DNA of 63,566 nt, counting the filler, from Lama guanicoe (lineage: Eukaryota), in NCBI GenBank assembly GCA_013239625.1. It is 143 parts of 143 records of this genome, joined end to end, with 100 filler letters (N's around TTAATTAATTAA, not from the genome) between each part and the next. Parts side by side here need not be neighbours in the genome. Positions count along the whole stretch, not along the records: positions 62,326 to 62,672 come from PNXV01057405.1; positions 62,773 to 63,119 come from PNXV01057406.1; positions 63,220 to 63,566 come from PNXV01057407.1; 140 more parts are not named here. The stretch is one strand, 5' to 3'. Numbering within the stretch: the first letter of the stretch is position 1; each line of letters begins with the position of its first letter. The notes under the pieces were generated by a model. The model ran no database searches and had not been told where the DNA came from. It saw only the letters and a program-made list of their open reading frames with translations. Below are positions 62,226 through 63,566 of this stretch, piece after piece. Position numbers and translations under genes: made by a program.

Positions 62226-63566
62226 NNNNNNNNNNNNNNNNNNNNNNNNNNNNNNNNNNNNNNNNNNNNTTAATTAATTAANNNNNNNNNNNNNNNNNNN
62301 NNNNNNNNNNNNNNNNNNNNNNNNNGGCGTGGTGAGATGGAGGAAGACCAAATTCCTCCCTGGCCCCCGGAGCTCTAATCACTGTCCCTCCCCACCTGCA
62401 CACTGATGAGATTTAAAGTCACTTAAAAGTCAAAATGGAGCTGGTGGCCAGTGTGGATGTGGTTTCAGACACATCCCTGCACCAGTAACAACCTGACTTT
62501 TCTGAACTGGATCAAACTCAAGGACACCACCAGCTGTTTACAAAGCAGTACCTGCTGACAGCTCTAGCTGCAGCCTTGTAGTTTCAAACCCCTCCTCACC
62601 CCTACCCTCACAATTGTGTTATCATTTTGAGCAACAACCAGTCCTTCTCTGTTTAACCATCACCCTTCTTGCNNNNNNNNNNNNNNNNNNNNNNNNNNNN
62701 NNNNNNNNNNNNNNNNTTAATTAATTAANNNNNNNNNNNNNNNNNNNNNNNNNNNNNNNNNNNNNNNNNNNNGTGGGACTCAGATTTGTTTACAGCCCCA
62801 GGCAAATAGGAAAGTTCTGCTTCAGTACCTCTGTGAACTCATGCTTCTAAGACAAACAAGAAGGGTTCTGGCACAGAGCAGGGGTGATGCCTGGTATGGC
62901 CATTTTATCCAAGTTCACCTAAAGAGCATGGAACTGAAGTGAAGTTAGGAGGGGCACTGAAAGGCAGAGAGACCCAACCACCTAACATGCACAAGTGCAC
63001 CACCACAATACAGCATTTGGAGGAGACATGAGACATGGCACTAGGAGAAGCACAGATCAGGGGCACAACTGGAGGGCCTCTGGAACCAGTGAGTGGAGTT
63101 CATGCAGCAGGGTGAGAACNNNNNNNNNNNNNNNNNNNNNNNNNNNNNNNNNNNNNNNNNNNNTTAATTAATTAANNNNNNNNNNNNNNNNNNNNNNNNN
63201 NNNNNNNNNNNNNNNNNNNCAGGGGTGGGGAGGGGCCCGGTTCCAGAACCAACTCCTGCACCTGTCCCCGCGCCCAAGAGACACAGCCTTTCATTACCCA
63301 GGACTCTCTCCTGTTTGGACGTCACCCTGGGCAGAACCTTGAGAATTGATATTAAGAGGTGGGCAGCACTCATCTAGGGGACACAGAGGACTTTGTTCAA
63401 GTCCACAGTGCCTTTTCTGGTCATGTGTCTTGTCCTTTATCTTTGGATCTGAGAAACAGGAGCAAGGAACTCAGGGAGAGATCCAGAAAGACATCTGAGT
63501 GTGTTAGGGAGGACATTCACAGTGACACGGGGAGCGAGGACACTTGCAGCAAAGTAAAATGACTTC

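Overview
This window is not a contiguous genomic locus. It is an artificial pseudo-scaffold of 143 short, unrelated mammalian contigs (mostly 344-347 bp, ordered by increasing length). Each pair is joined by an identical 100-bp spacer, N44-TTAATTAATTAA-N44 (142 copies, about 22% of the window), whose palindromic core puts a stop codon in all six frames. ORF-track entries containing X runs or ending in 'LIN' are linker artefacts, and adjacency between fragments carries no biological meaning. The real sequence is mostly intronic/intergenic eutherian DNA rich in transposon fossils: LINE-1 ORF1/ORF2/3'UTR pieces, L2, MIR, L3/CR1, MER58A, MaLR and ERV1 LTRs, and gammaretrovirus-like pol fragments. 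The young L1 3'UTRs are of cetartiodactyl type, and I saw no Bov-A/BovB, PRE1, CHR, Can-SINE, Alu or B1/B2, which points to a camelid (inference). Notable fragments are a telomere-variant-repeat/subtelomere junction, a ~235-bp satellite, three CpG-island promoter fragments (NRF1, ZNF143/THAP11, ETS, Sp1, E-box motifs), a MER41-like LTR with an intact STAT1 GAS site, an L1 twin-priming inversion junction, a chimeric L1 3' end and a consensus CTCF site. I could not identify any protein-coding gene with confidence and found no evidence of a novel multi-component biological system. Repeat family names are from recognition of sequence, not from a database search.
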